From contig OZ249446.1 of assembly GCA_965235115.1 (NCBI GenBank), positions 19,530,001-19,594,000 on the forward strand: DNA of 64,000 nt, read 5' to 3'. The notes under the pieces are model-generated. The model made no database searches, was not told where the DNA came from, and saw nothing but the letters and a program-made list of their open reading frames with translations. The DNA is from Laetmonice hystrix (lineage: Eukaryota). Every line of letters begins with the position of its first letter. The first letter of the stretch is position 1. The position numbers were made by a program, and so were the translations under genes. Shown here one piece after another: positions 1 to 11,799 of this stretch.

Positions 1-647
1 GCTTCCTTTCAGCGAATCACTTTGAAATCCTTCAGTTTTTTCTTGTCGTGACCGCAGAAAGGTTCAATGTCCATAAAGCAGTTTTCCTTGAATGTTACGA
101 CGAGATGCTGTACGATGCCATATATACGGACACTCAATCATCGTCAATCCAAGGTTAAAATGCCTGACGGGGGAGACGTACAAAGGCCAAAGAGATCACC
201 TAGGATCAGTCACCTTGTTCCCTGTGCATTAAACGAAATACCGCACTGCCTGCCCCATGGGGCGTCATGGCGCACAAGAGAAGGTCACCTGGTCATCCAA
301 GAAGCAGACGACAGATGTAGGCAATGCCACCGTGCGGCATGTCCAGTAACGAAATCGGCACGCATGCAAACGTGTGGCGTTTTCAGATAATACAAAAATC
401 AACTAATCCAAACGTTCCAGCACGGACGAGATGTCAAACGTGACGTGGAATCTAGACAAGTATACAAAGCCACACGAGTTGTCATTTTCGCGGCGATAAC
501 ATCTATAATCCTCAACTTTACGGAGACGTAAGGGAAGAGGTAGAAAAGAAGAATATTAAAGGGGGAGGAGATGAAGGAGAAGGGGGAGAAGAAGGGGAAA
601 AAGGGAAGGAAGAGATAAAATTAGAGATGATGACGGCGGAAATGGTG

Positions 648-842
648 ACAAAAGATGATTATAAAACAGAAACAAAAGATGATTACGAAGATGAAACAAA
701 AGATGATTATGAAACAGAAACAAAAGATGATCACGAAGAAGAAACAAAAGATGATTACGAAGATGAAACAAAAGATGATTATGAAACAGAAACAAAAGAT
801 GATCACGAAGAAGAAACAAAAGATGATTACGAAGAAGAAACA
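648..842 (+). repeat. 24-bp minisatellite (about 8 units, GAAACAAAAGATGATYAYGAANNN) with a 72-bp higher-order period
   Basis: Reads ETKDDYED/ETKDDYET/ETKDDHEE twice in one frame; lies in a purine-rich low-complexity tract; no splice or start context found. Confidence 0.9.
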
Positions 843-3800
843 TAGGTCGAAGGAGGGGACGAATAAGAGGATGAGGAAGAATGGAAAAGGATGAAGGGGA
901 AAAGGGGAAGACTCGGGAAAAGGAGAAGAAGAAGGAAGAGGAGGCTACCAGCACTACCAACACCAACTAAAGGTGATTTCAACATCGGTCTTTTAATCCA
1001 TCATGATTTTGAGTTGAAACCATAGGACCCAGAATCAGGGCCAGCTAGCCAAAATTACACATTGAAATTCCAAATTTATAATAAAAATGGCAAGGGCAGT
1101 CCCTTTGCTGGATTCGTTTCTTGACATGTTTTATGTCCCCATGCGTCCTAATTATAAAAATATGAAAAATATAAGTAGTCCAAATCTCTAATAGAGATCT
1201 ACATCTATAGGCCAATGAGACGATTAAATCCCAACAGTTATTCTAAACTCTTGCATTAAACAGGTCCACGTATAAAATAAAGTATGGCCTTTCTTGAGGT
1301 CTGCCTTTAGACACTTTCACTGACTGTGTCGCCGTATTTGTCTGATGCGAACTGTCAACAGATCTACATGCGTTCAGTTTACTTAGCAGATTTCGTCTTC
1401 TATCACATTTTGACAGGCCAGAAGATCAACGTGTTGGGTAATGTCCAGTGGCTTCGCCCATTGCGTCCTTAATTAAACAGGTAAATATTACACGTACACT
1501 TGTCCGTAGTCAGCACGCGACGCCACCCGAAAACTGGCGTTTGCTGCCTATGATCGATCGTTTTCTGGAGTCACGTGATTATCTACTCTCGGTCCCGCGA
1601 GACTCTCGTCTGACCGAGATTTAACCTCGAGGTCAAAACGAGGGGCTCGGGGGATGAGGTCCCCACTGTAGTGATCTCACGTCGCCGCGTGATAGATCGC
1701 TGAGCGGGACGGGCTATTGTTTTTCATTATGCTAATCAAAGCACGTCCCAAAAGACTAGATTAATATACAATTTAACAGTTCCATATCGCGAGCTTTCGT
1801 CTGCCTTAACGTGAAATTCATCCAGATATTAACTGTTTATTAATTGGATTGAGGGAGGAGACGTCCCGTAATTGTTGCGCTCTCCGAAGATATATTCATA
1901 ATTCAAGTGCAATTATTGGTCGCATTCGGAGGCCATTTTACGATAACAGTTCCCAATGGGGATCACTGTCTCTACTGATTGCGTGCGTTACGTTTAATCA
2001 AAAACAACCAACCATCATTGACTTGCCACTAATAAACTTCTCTGCGGCTCGCTCGCGGTACAATCCGTTCGGGTAAATCTCCTAGCGTTATTGACAGTCC
2101 ACGGAAAACATTGTCATTAGGATAATAGACCACTTTGCTGGTGATATTACTTCGCCATTTTTGCCACGTTTTGGCGCCAAACGTCTTAGCTTTCGCGTAC
2201 TTGTTTTGTCGTCTGCCAAGAACGATTGCCTGTCTGTAAAATGGAGTGGTTATTCACCAGATGGCTCTTCCTAGTGAATCCCTACGGAACTGGAAAGTCC
2301 AGAGGGGCTGAAGACGTAGCTTTAATCTCTCCCCCCCCCGCCAAAAAAGGAGCACCAGCCTAGTGTGGAAGTCCATCCTTTGGATCAAGGAGCATGCGTT
2401 CTTCCCTGAAAAGGACCAGGAATGGAACGTCTAATTACACTGCGCACGCGCGTGGGGCAGCGGCCACCTGTCGTTGACGTTTTTAAGAGCGAGCAGTGGC
2501 ACAGGTCTTGGGTGGTGTCGACGACGGATCGACGATCTTCCAAGGAAAAGCAATCGTTTTGTGGGCAGGTCCAGAAACGGGCACACAAAACAATCACAGG
2601 TGTCACTAATTGAGTAGTGGCGACCATCAGAGCCTACACGTTTACCTTGTAGTGGCGTGTCCTTTACTCTCATTCCTTTAATGTCGAAACATAAATGGAT
2701 ATAAAGCCGTGCAGAAACAACCCCCCCCCTCCATCGGCCTTCTGTACAGATAAATAAATCCTCATCCATCGGCAAATTATATTTTCTTTTATTTTAACCC
2801 TAACCATATGGCATTTTATATTCCCAAACAAAAGTTGAATCTCATGTTTGTCATCATTACTTTGGCGATAACAACCTGTCATCAACCCAGTGCCTGGATT
2901 TCTGAGCATCTTTTTCGACAAAAGATCTCACTTAAAAAGATATAACTGATTAATGTAGAGGGTAGAATCTGATATTCCATGACGCTTGCTGCTTTATGCT
3001 GTCGTAGGCCTAGACGTGCATCCGGAACGCCCCCCCCCCCCCCAGGACCCCCGGCAACAACCACGACTCAGACATGGCGGTTCTGAGGGCAAAACGTGTG
3101 TACAAACGCCCAAATCGGGGTTCTTAACTTGCCCACAGATCATACCCGTACACGCTGATCGAGTTGAAGGACTTCATCTGATGTGATTTACATGCTGGCA
3201 AATAGCAGAAACCTCCCTTTTTATAGTCGGCCAGACCCAGGAAAAACTAACGTCAAAGAGAGAGGGCGAAGACCTTTGGCTCGAAGTCGCTTTGGCAGAG
3301 AGCGTTTCACAAAGTCAGCTCCAATCGCAGACTCTTTGATGTGTAATCGATAGCCGTGGAATTGACAGTGCATCCCTCCTTTACTTCAGTGGTGGAGGTT
3401 AAGCGGCTTCAGCCTGCCTACCTGGGCCACAGTCTATTGTCTTACGACCTCTCCAGAAACGCAGAATGAATCAAGGACAACCTTGTTTGCGAACCCGCCG
3501 ATCGAATACTGATGCCGGGGGAATCGACTTAAAACACGAGGAAGTCTCACAATAACTGGGTCAACAAGGGCGATTTCCAGGAATAGCCTTCACTGAAGGT
3601 TCTCTCTGAAGAGGACGGGGGGGGGGGGTTAACCCCCTACCCCCCGTCCCCGTTCACACTTCTCGTCTAGATATTCTTTGTAAGGAGAAGCCCGAAGATC
3701 GGAACACAACCAAGTTTAAAGGTAACTCCATCAACCCCTATTATCGCTCAGTGTGACCCTCCTTTGCGTTGACACATATTATTGTTAGTTTTAATGACTG

Positions 3801-4730
3801 ATTTGTACAAACAGACCATGTTATCGACTGCCAATCACACTGGTCAAAGCGACAGACAACGCATGAAGTGGTGTCTTTTTATCGCCCAACATGCAACGGA
3901 AATCTACGTTTGTGAGTCGGGCCAGCAAAGCAACCATGCCCAGGAGCGGGCAGCATCGCTACCACGGTCGGGTCCTACCAAAGGGAACTTTTTAATTAAA
4001 TACTAATGGTGTGTGGAAGCACAAGAGCTAAAATCATTACATCCGTCTTGCACTAACTCCACATATCCTGATAATAATGGTATTGTTTTCATAATGGCCC
4101 CATTTAGTGCCAGTCCTTAATGGAAATCCACTGCTGAAGCGGAAGGTTTGGCATGTTTTCATTTGGTCTGTGCACTGCTGGGATGAAACCGTGGCCTCAA
4201 AGTAGATATCATTGAAGCAAGCATAAAACGTTCCTGATTACGGGGGTTTAGGATACTAACAAAATATCTGGCACAAAGACAGTTCTAAAATTCAAATTCT
4301 GAAAAAGTCGAAATTTCAAAAATGATTAGACCAATCGTGCTTTGAATTATCGTTGAATAAAAAAAAAAGTTAATTGAGGTCTTCTTTAGGTGACGCACTA
4401 CCAACATGACAAGGTGGAATCGATAGATGTAAAATGTCAGAATTATGGCTCCAAGCCACCATGATTCCATTATTCGGATAAATATTAACAAAGCATGAAA
4501 ATAGTTCAAAATGTTTGTTGATAAATTTGACAAAAAAGCAACCTTTCCGGGGCATTAAGAAGCGGGGGACTAACTTCGTATCGAGTACGTTTTTCCTGAT
4601 GATGATGTCATGCCATTCAATCTTGATTCGACGAGTAGAAATTGCTTTACTTTTTCTATCTAATACTTTGAAAAATAAACCATCTTTAACTAAATGACTC
4701 CACGCCCCCTAACAAGTCATGTTTACGTAC

Positions 4731-5015
4731 CTTTCACACATCGATATGTAGCTTCGAAGTAGGATTTTAGTTCCATGTAGCACGGCTTGGTTCGCTCGAA
4801 TTCTTCGTTCGGTATTCGGATTTCACATCTATGGCGTCCGGAGCATTTCCGGTCAGTCACCTCTAGGACGTCCGCCGCGCACCCGATGTATCCAAGGTCA
4901 CCCTTCACGCACCGTCCAAGGCGCATGCGCCCGTAGTGTGCCGTCTCCATGACGAGAACTTCATCCGGGTCACAGGAGGCAACGAACGTCTCGAGTTGGC
5001 AATACTCGCGACCGC
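4731..5015 (-). CDS. Internal exon encoding a SUEL-type (Gal/rhamnose-binding lectin, PF02140-like) domain
   Basis: Translates to GREYCQLETFVASCDPDEVLVMETAHYGRMRLGRCVKGDLGYIGCAADVLEVTDRKCSGRHRCEIRIPNEEFERTKPCYMELKSYFEATYRCVK. It has 8 Cys in SUEL spacing, the YGR motif, CSG..C and a terminal Y.C. It is bounded by acceptor tttcttgcag (ends 5016) and donor G|gtacgt (starts 4730); 285 nt, phase 1-1. Neighbouring exons were not identified. Confidence 0.85.
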
Positions 5016-6365
5016 CTGCAAGAAACAGGGTAAGAAATACAGACACACGTCTCGAGTTGGCAATACTCGCGACCGCCTGCAAGAAACAGGGTAAGAAATA
5101 CAGACACACGTCTCGAGTTGGCAATACTCGCGACCGCCTGCAAGAAACAGGGTAAGAAATACAGACACACGTCTCGAGTTGGCAATACTCGCGACCGCCT
5201 GCAAGAAACATGGTAAGAAATACAGACACACGTCTCGAGTTGGCAATACTCACGACCGCCTGCAAGAAACAGGGTAAGAAATACAGACACACGTCTCGAG
5301 TTGGCAATACTCGCGACCGCCTGCAAGAAACAGGGTAAGAAATACGTCTCGAGTTGCCAATACTCGCGACCGCCTGCAAGAAACAGGGTAAGAAATACAG
5401 ACACACGTCTCGAGTTGGCAATACTCGCGACCGCCTGCAAGAAACCTGGTAAGAAATACAGACACACGTCTCGAGTTGGCAATACTCGCGACCGCCTGCA
5501 AGAAACAGGGTAAGAAATACAGACACACGTCTCGAGTTGGCAATACTCGCGACCGCCTGCAAGAAACATGGTAAGAAATACAGACACACGTCTCGAGTTG
5601 GCAATACTCGCGACCGCCTGCAAGAAACAGGGTAAGAAATACGTCTCGAGTTGCCAATACTCGCGACCGCCTGCAAGAAACAGGGTAAGAAATACAGACA
5701 CACGTCTCGAGTTGGCAATACTCGCGACCGCCTGCAAGAAACAGGGTAAGAAATACAGACACACGTCTCGAGTTGGCAATACTCGCGACCGCCTGCAAGA
5801 AACCTGGTAAGAAATACAGACACACGTCTCGAGTTGGCAATACTCGCGACCGCCTGCAAGAAACAGGGTAAGAAATACAGACACACGTCTCGAGTTGGCA
5901 ATACTCACGACCGCCTGCAAGAAACAGGGTAAGAAATACAGACACACGTCTCGAGTTGGCAATACTCGCGACCGCCTGCAAGAAACAGGGTAAGAAATAC
6001 GTCTCGAGTTGCCAATACTCGCGACCGCCTGCAAGAAACAGGGTAAGAAATACAGACACACGTCTCGAGTTGGCAATACTCGCGACCGCCTGCAAGAAAC
6101 CTGGTAAGAAATACAGACACACGTCTCGAGTTGGCAATACTCGCGACCGCCTGCAAGAAACAGGGTAAGAAATACAGACACATGTCTCGAGTTGGCAATA
6201 CTCACGACCGCCTGCAAGAAACCTGGTAAGAAATACAGACACACGTCTCGAGTTGGCAATACTCGCGACCGCCTGCAAGAAACAGGGTAAGAAATACAGA
6301 CACATGTCTCGAGTTGGCAATACTCGCGACCGCCTGCAAGAAACAGGGTAAGAAATACAGACACA
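4988..6365 (-). repeat. 61-bp minisatellite, 23 copies, made of the duplicated intron/exon boundary of the SUEL exon
   Basis: Minus-strand unit is gtgtgtctgtatttcttaccctgtttcttgcag|GCGGTCGCGAGTATTGCCAACTCGAGAC; 20 spacings/units are full length and 3 are 53 bp; copies are near-identical. Confidence 0.97.
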
Positions 6366-8280
6366 TAAATCAAATGGGATTATAGAACGAGCCATCAACA
6401 CGCCCGTATGGTTGCAAGTTTATGGCGAAGGCGGCCTAGAAGATAGATATTATGTGAAAGAAAAAGACAGAAACTAACGATGCAGTTCCTGATGCACTGG
6501 AGCAGGATGACAGAAAGAACACCTCTGTGCACAAGGTGTACGGTTGACAGAATACGACATTATCCGTTTCGCTTGAGGCTATATAACATTCTGATTTTGT
6601 ATTGGAAAGGTATCCGTATGGTATCATACATATTAGTTGCATGGAACCTGCATGAGATTTTGGTCACCCATTTTAGCTTCCTTTTGTAACTTGCTACAAA
6701 ATTACTGCAACGGCAATAAGAAAGACATCACCAGTCAAAACAAAAGCTTCCCTGTATTATATTCAACACAGATTATCGTTCCAGGTTTAGCATTGTCTCC
6801 ACACACCACACCCCCACACCAAAGTTAGTATACACCTTATGAAACTTGTCAGGGTCACTCAATAGAATTCTGCCGCATGATTAACCGATGTTCACCTGAG
6901 ACTCTTCCATATCAGGATGTGGAATTCGGCTCAACATCTGAGGCGAACTCTTGTCTTGTTAGAGGTCATCAGTCGGTAGTCGCGTGAACCCAGAGTGGTC
7001 GCTTGGTGGCGCCACTGGTTATCAACTATAGTAAGGCCTATCATCATCACAGAGACCTTTCATGTATAGGGACGCAAACTACAGTGGCGTACTTCGATGA
7101 TATATTGCATGACATTGTACTCGAACCGAAGATCAGAGAGCAGAGATAAAAGACGACAAGATGAATTGGAACGGTGCAGGGCAATAAAAGGTAAAAACCT
7201 TCATCAGCTGTTATAAACGTATACGTACATCCATGATCTAACGTTTATCTAATATAAAACATCTAGTTTTGTACGATGTGTAAATATCTGTGTAATATTT
7301 ATAGCAGGATACTTAAACATACAACGCCTTTTGCCCCTGTGGCTTTAACTGTGATCAGAATTTAACTGTAGTCAAAATGTCTAAAGTTGGGTCAGTTCGT
7401 ATAATCATACATGCACCTTTTCTTGTGTCATTATACATCTTCATTTTACGTACTTGAAGATAAATCGTTCCTAAACGTTTGTGCATTCCACAATACATCA
7501 TTGTCCATGTGCAGGAATGTGTCTCAGTCACGAAGGCAAGGGCCAACATTTCCTGCGAGTTAATAAAATAGTGCCCTCTCTAGAAATGCACGATGTCTAC
7601 CACAGGTTTTTTTCTCCGGGGACACTCGAAAATAACACCCATGTAAGGTCCCTAAGGGTAAACCCCCTATCCTTGTCAAGGCTCTTCTTTCTCATTCCCT
7701 CCCAGCCCTGAAAGCCTAGTCCGTATTAACGTAGGTAAACCCTACTCTCGATTCCCGGGCCCCTTTACCTGCTTAAGTGGTTCGCGTTAAGTGCTGTTCG
7801 GCGTCGACGCGAACTAATGTACACAATGCTACTGATACGGCCGACAAATAGCGGGTTCTCACACCAGCGCGTTCGCAGGGTTCTCATCTTTTGACCAGGC
7901 ATGAAGTGTACGTAGTCACACTCTATCCGGGCTTCGCTTACAGCGTCTTCACCAATTGCTTGCCCTGTTTTTACCACCATACTACTCGTGTATACGCGGA
8001 GGTGAATGCATCTATACGGCTGGTTATTTCACCGGCAAGATCTTAATCCTTCTACATGATGATGGTTTTCAGCGAGGGAAGCCAACCTTCTTATGCCCCC
8101 TCCCCGTCCCGCCAACTGATATAGTCCACGTGATCTTAGAGAGAAGCAATCGGGCTGAGAAGAACGGGACCCGGGTCTATTGTCAGACTAATATATTACC
8201 CTCCTCAGGATGAGAAATCGACTCCAAGCCGGATCACATCACAAGCACGTCGTGTTTCATCCGATCCGCTTCTTACACTG

Positions 8281-8330
8281 ATGTTATCAGTGATAACATA
8301 TAGAGACATCCGTCTTATCTGATATCGGAA
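8281..8330. promoter_or_regulatory. Palindromic double GATA site plus an adjacent GATA site (candidate enhancer)
   Basis: ATGTTATCA-G-TGATAACAT perfect 9-bp-arm palindrome (8281-8299), followed by CTTATCT; motif match only. Confidence 0.3.
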
Positions 8331-8807
8331 TTAAAGTCGGTCCGTCTTTTGTGTGTAATGTGACCATGAGGCCGTTTGTCACTGGTGGTTGGTCGGTTGG
8401 TGGGGGTTTGGGTCGAGGGCTGGCTTCATGAAGACCGCAAACTCGTAAACAATCCATGCGGCTGTCCTAAGCTGAACTCTTTATCGTGCACCCGCCAATT
8501 CGGAAAGACGGATTCCCCCCTTGCGCCATATAGAACCCCCTCCTCCCCCGCCCCCCGGTGCGCTGCTCAAAAACCACCACTGTAAGATGAGCCAGGATTA
8601 TCACCCCAGATTATCCATTAGGGTCGTCCGGATTATGCTCTTCCCCCCGTTGGATTAGCAGTCAATGGGTGGTGTTAACGTCGCTGGGACGTCAGTCAGC
8701 GGTGTTCAGAATGCCATGAAGACGCCGAACCACACAATCCTCCACCCGCCCCGGCACGCTTCACGACCCTGACAGACCGCTCCTGATTCGCCTAATCAAA
8801 TCGAGGC

Positions 8808-8827
8808 AGGTCAAGGGTCAAGGTTCA
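8808..8827 (+). promoter_or_regulatory. Three nuclear-receptor half-sites with 1-nt spacers (double DR1)
   Basis: AGGTCA-A-GGGTCA-A-GGTTCA matches RGKTCA three times; motif match only. Confidence 0.4.
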
Positions 8828-9145
8828 TTGGGGTGGATTACTCTGACATCCATTTGCTCTTACCAACCTCCAGGGCGGTGAATATCGACCAGAGAGGGCG
8901 ACTGTGGGGACCTCTAGCGGCCCTCTCTGACCCCATCCGGCTAAATGTCAGCCAGGGGGCGTTGCAAACGACGTATGTATAATTCAAGGAGTCGATGTCA
9001 CACCCGTGTGGGGGAAGATTGAGGAGTCACAGTGACAGATTGGGCTCCGTGTATAATTCACAGCGTGGAGTCTTGTTAATGAATGTGTGTGTGTCTACGA
9101 CGTGCAGACTCACGGATCGTCTAGAGGGGCCCTCGGCCTGCTTGC

Positions 9146-9161
9146 TGCGCATGCGCATGCG
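9146..9161. promoter_or_regulatory. NRF1-like GCGCATGCGC motif, tandemly extended
   Basis: TGCGCATGCGCATGCG; motif match only. Confidence 0.25.
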
Positions 9162-9658
9162 TTAAATGATTTAAATCCGGTTGGAGTACCGGAACTGTTA
9201 TTTGATTCGGTACTGGCAAATAGCGGTTGCTCCATGCAGAAATCAAATGTGTGCTCCTGTGATTCATTGCAATCGAAACTGATCGTGTCGGCCCTGTCAC
9301 ATTAGGGACTTATGCTATGGAGGAATACGTTATTTTGCTCCTTCATGTCCCACCTCAATATGCCTAGTATCCTATTAGGCCTCTGTTCATGAATATTCTT
9401 TCTCTAGATGGAAACATACATGTAGTAGGTAAGTTTCTCTTCGTTCATCAGTGCAGAGACAAGATGTTGTGATATATACGATACATTCAAACGCTTAGCA
9501 ATCGTTCGCGTTCGAACTAGACGATTTAAGCATGACAAGAAGTTGGCAGCAGGCAGATCTACCTACGGGACAGCCAGAATTTGTTTAGTGGGTCAATCTT
9601 TCCTGTTCCGCTTGGTACAGAGAGAACGTTGTTCCTGACAGATGATATCACATGTGTG

Positions 9659-9975
9659 AACTTCCGCTTTGTTTAGTCGGATTTGGTTTGGGCGTTTTAC
9701 AGCTTGGCATCTGTCTGTGTCTGGCTGTCTGTCCCTCTCTGTCCCTCTCTGTCCTTCTCTGTCCCTCTCTGTCCCTCTCGGTCCCTCTCGGTCCCTCTCT
9801 GTCCCTCTCGGTCGCTCATTTAATGATCATACCATTACGGTTAATACCACATGGAACCACTTAAGTAAACTTCCGGTTTGTTTAGCCGGATTTGGTTTGG
9901 GAGTTTTACACCTCGGCATCTGTCTGTGTCTGGCTGTCTCTCTCTGTCTCTCTCCCTCTCTCCCTCTGTCCGTCT
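9659..9975 (+). repeat. Local duplication of about 70 bp (9659-9730 and 9868-9938), each copy followed by CT-rich repeats including a GTCCCTCTCT decamer array
   Basis: Both copies read aacttccg(c/g)tttgtttag(t/c)cggatttggtttggg(c/a)gttttaca..ggcatctgtctgtgtctggctgtct. Confidence 0.85.
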
Positions 9976-11799
9976 CTAAATTTCAATGCTGAACAACGTA
10001 AAGTCATCCTCACTCCGTCAGACACTCAGACACTCAGACACTCACTCACTCAATCACTCACTCAATCACTCACTCGCCAATTTACTCACTCACCCCTTTG
10101 ATAAGCACCTGTCGCTGAGCGATGTGCATAGTATGGATAGTGCAGCTCTGGCAGTAATAAAGTTTTCTGACGCATTCTGGTTGTGATGTCTGTCAAAATC
10201 TTCAACATTGGAAGCAAGCAAATTATCCGCCGTGCTCAGTGACGATGAGCGTGTGTGGAGGGGGGGGGGGGGGTGAGAGGGGAGTGAGGGTGGGGTGGGG
10301 GGGGGGGGGGGGCTGAGGGTGGGGGGGGGGGGGTGTCACCGGAGTTCTGATCAGGCGCGGTCAGGTGTACACGTTACTATTCCGTAACGAGAAACGCTAC
10401 AGATTCGCCGGGGTCGAGTGACCGTCAACATATTAAATGAAAACGATGAAGAAGAGACATTGGGAGGCGTTTCCTGCCGCACCCTACCCACGAGTTTAAA
10501 AGAAACGGCATCGTCTTACGTCATGCGGACAGCATGGAAAAAATAAACCCTGTATGAAGTAAAGTAAAACGCGGGAAGATTGACGTCTTGGTCGACAGCA
10601 TAGCCTGTATCCTGATACCCGTAATGTGAGAGTAATCGTGCATGGATAAGAAAACAAAACAAAACATTCGGGAGGAGGTGGGTTCTGCCTGGTTGTTCTC
10701 GCCGACACACCAGCGTGTAGCGTTTCCCGTTGTGAGTAGTATGTGGAAAGGGGGAATTTGAGTCAGGCGTCGGGTTGGCAAGAGACTATTGGAAGGTTTA
10801 GTTTTCGGCGTGCATGCATGTTAAGAGACGACGATCATCTAATGACACTTAATCACACACCATGACGGTGCATGTTTTGTGTCTTTAATCATTAAGTTTA
10901 TGCTGAATGTCAAATTTTCTATTCTGACAGGTAGAATGTCACTATAAAAGTGAAACAGATTCATTACATCCACTCATGGCTATCACAGGCCTTGAAATGT
11001 ATCCGTTTTATAGCAGAATGATTTCCCGGTAGCATGGCCTCCTTTTTCTCTCGACCGGGCTAAACGGAGCAAAGAATCATGAGATATTGGCAGTCTATCA
11101 CATCTGAAGAGAAATAAATCACTGACGTTTCTGAGATCAGTTTGGCGTGCGAAGGATGACCCTGGCAACTGCTCATTGACGACATAGACAGCTCATCGAT
11201 TACTTCTTCCCACCACCATATGCCGCTCTACTAATTTATTCATTATGTCTTACTGCAATTAACACTAGGGGCTAGGCGCACACTCATTTGAATGAAATAT
11301 CCATTGCCAATCACAGAACCAGCTTGATTGTTAGACCCGCCGCGTGAGGTGCTGGCAGTCAAGGAACTTCTAGTGTATATCTTGAATCCCTTGAAGGATT
11401 GCATGCAGATAGTTTCGCTTTGAGTGTACCGGTATTGTAAACCGCCTATCATAATCTTCCACGCCCACTTCAGCATGGCATTCTCACCCAACGTCGAGTC
11501 CTCATAAACATATTAACACATTCGCAATGAAAAGAGATCTAGCGAAAAGAGCCTAAAACTCGCGAGGAAACAAACCGCATGGAACGTTTTCCATATTGAA
11601 ATATTATGCCTGAGAATATAACAGGTGCAACTTTATTATTTCTAGAATAGAATATTTCTTTTATCACCGTTAATCGTGAGTTGAGATTTGATGAGGATGT
11701 ATTTGTAATAGTTTAGTTCGTCATTGAAGGTAACCTTTTTGAGAGGTCAGCGTGATATGATTTTGTTGTGAGACTGTCTGTGGTCGAAAGGGAGTTGGT

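Noticed and set aside
4723-6401. 392, 467 and 383 aa ORFs as protein genes
   Set aside because: They are the three frames of the 61-bp repeat; only the final 95 codons (SUEL domain) are recognisable protein.
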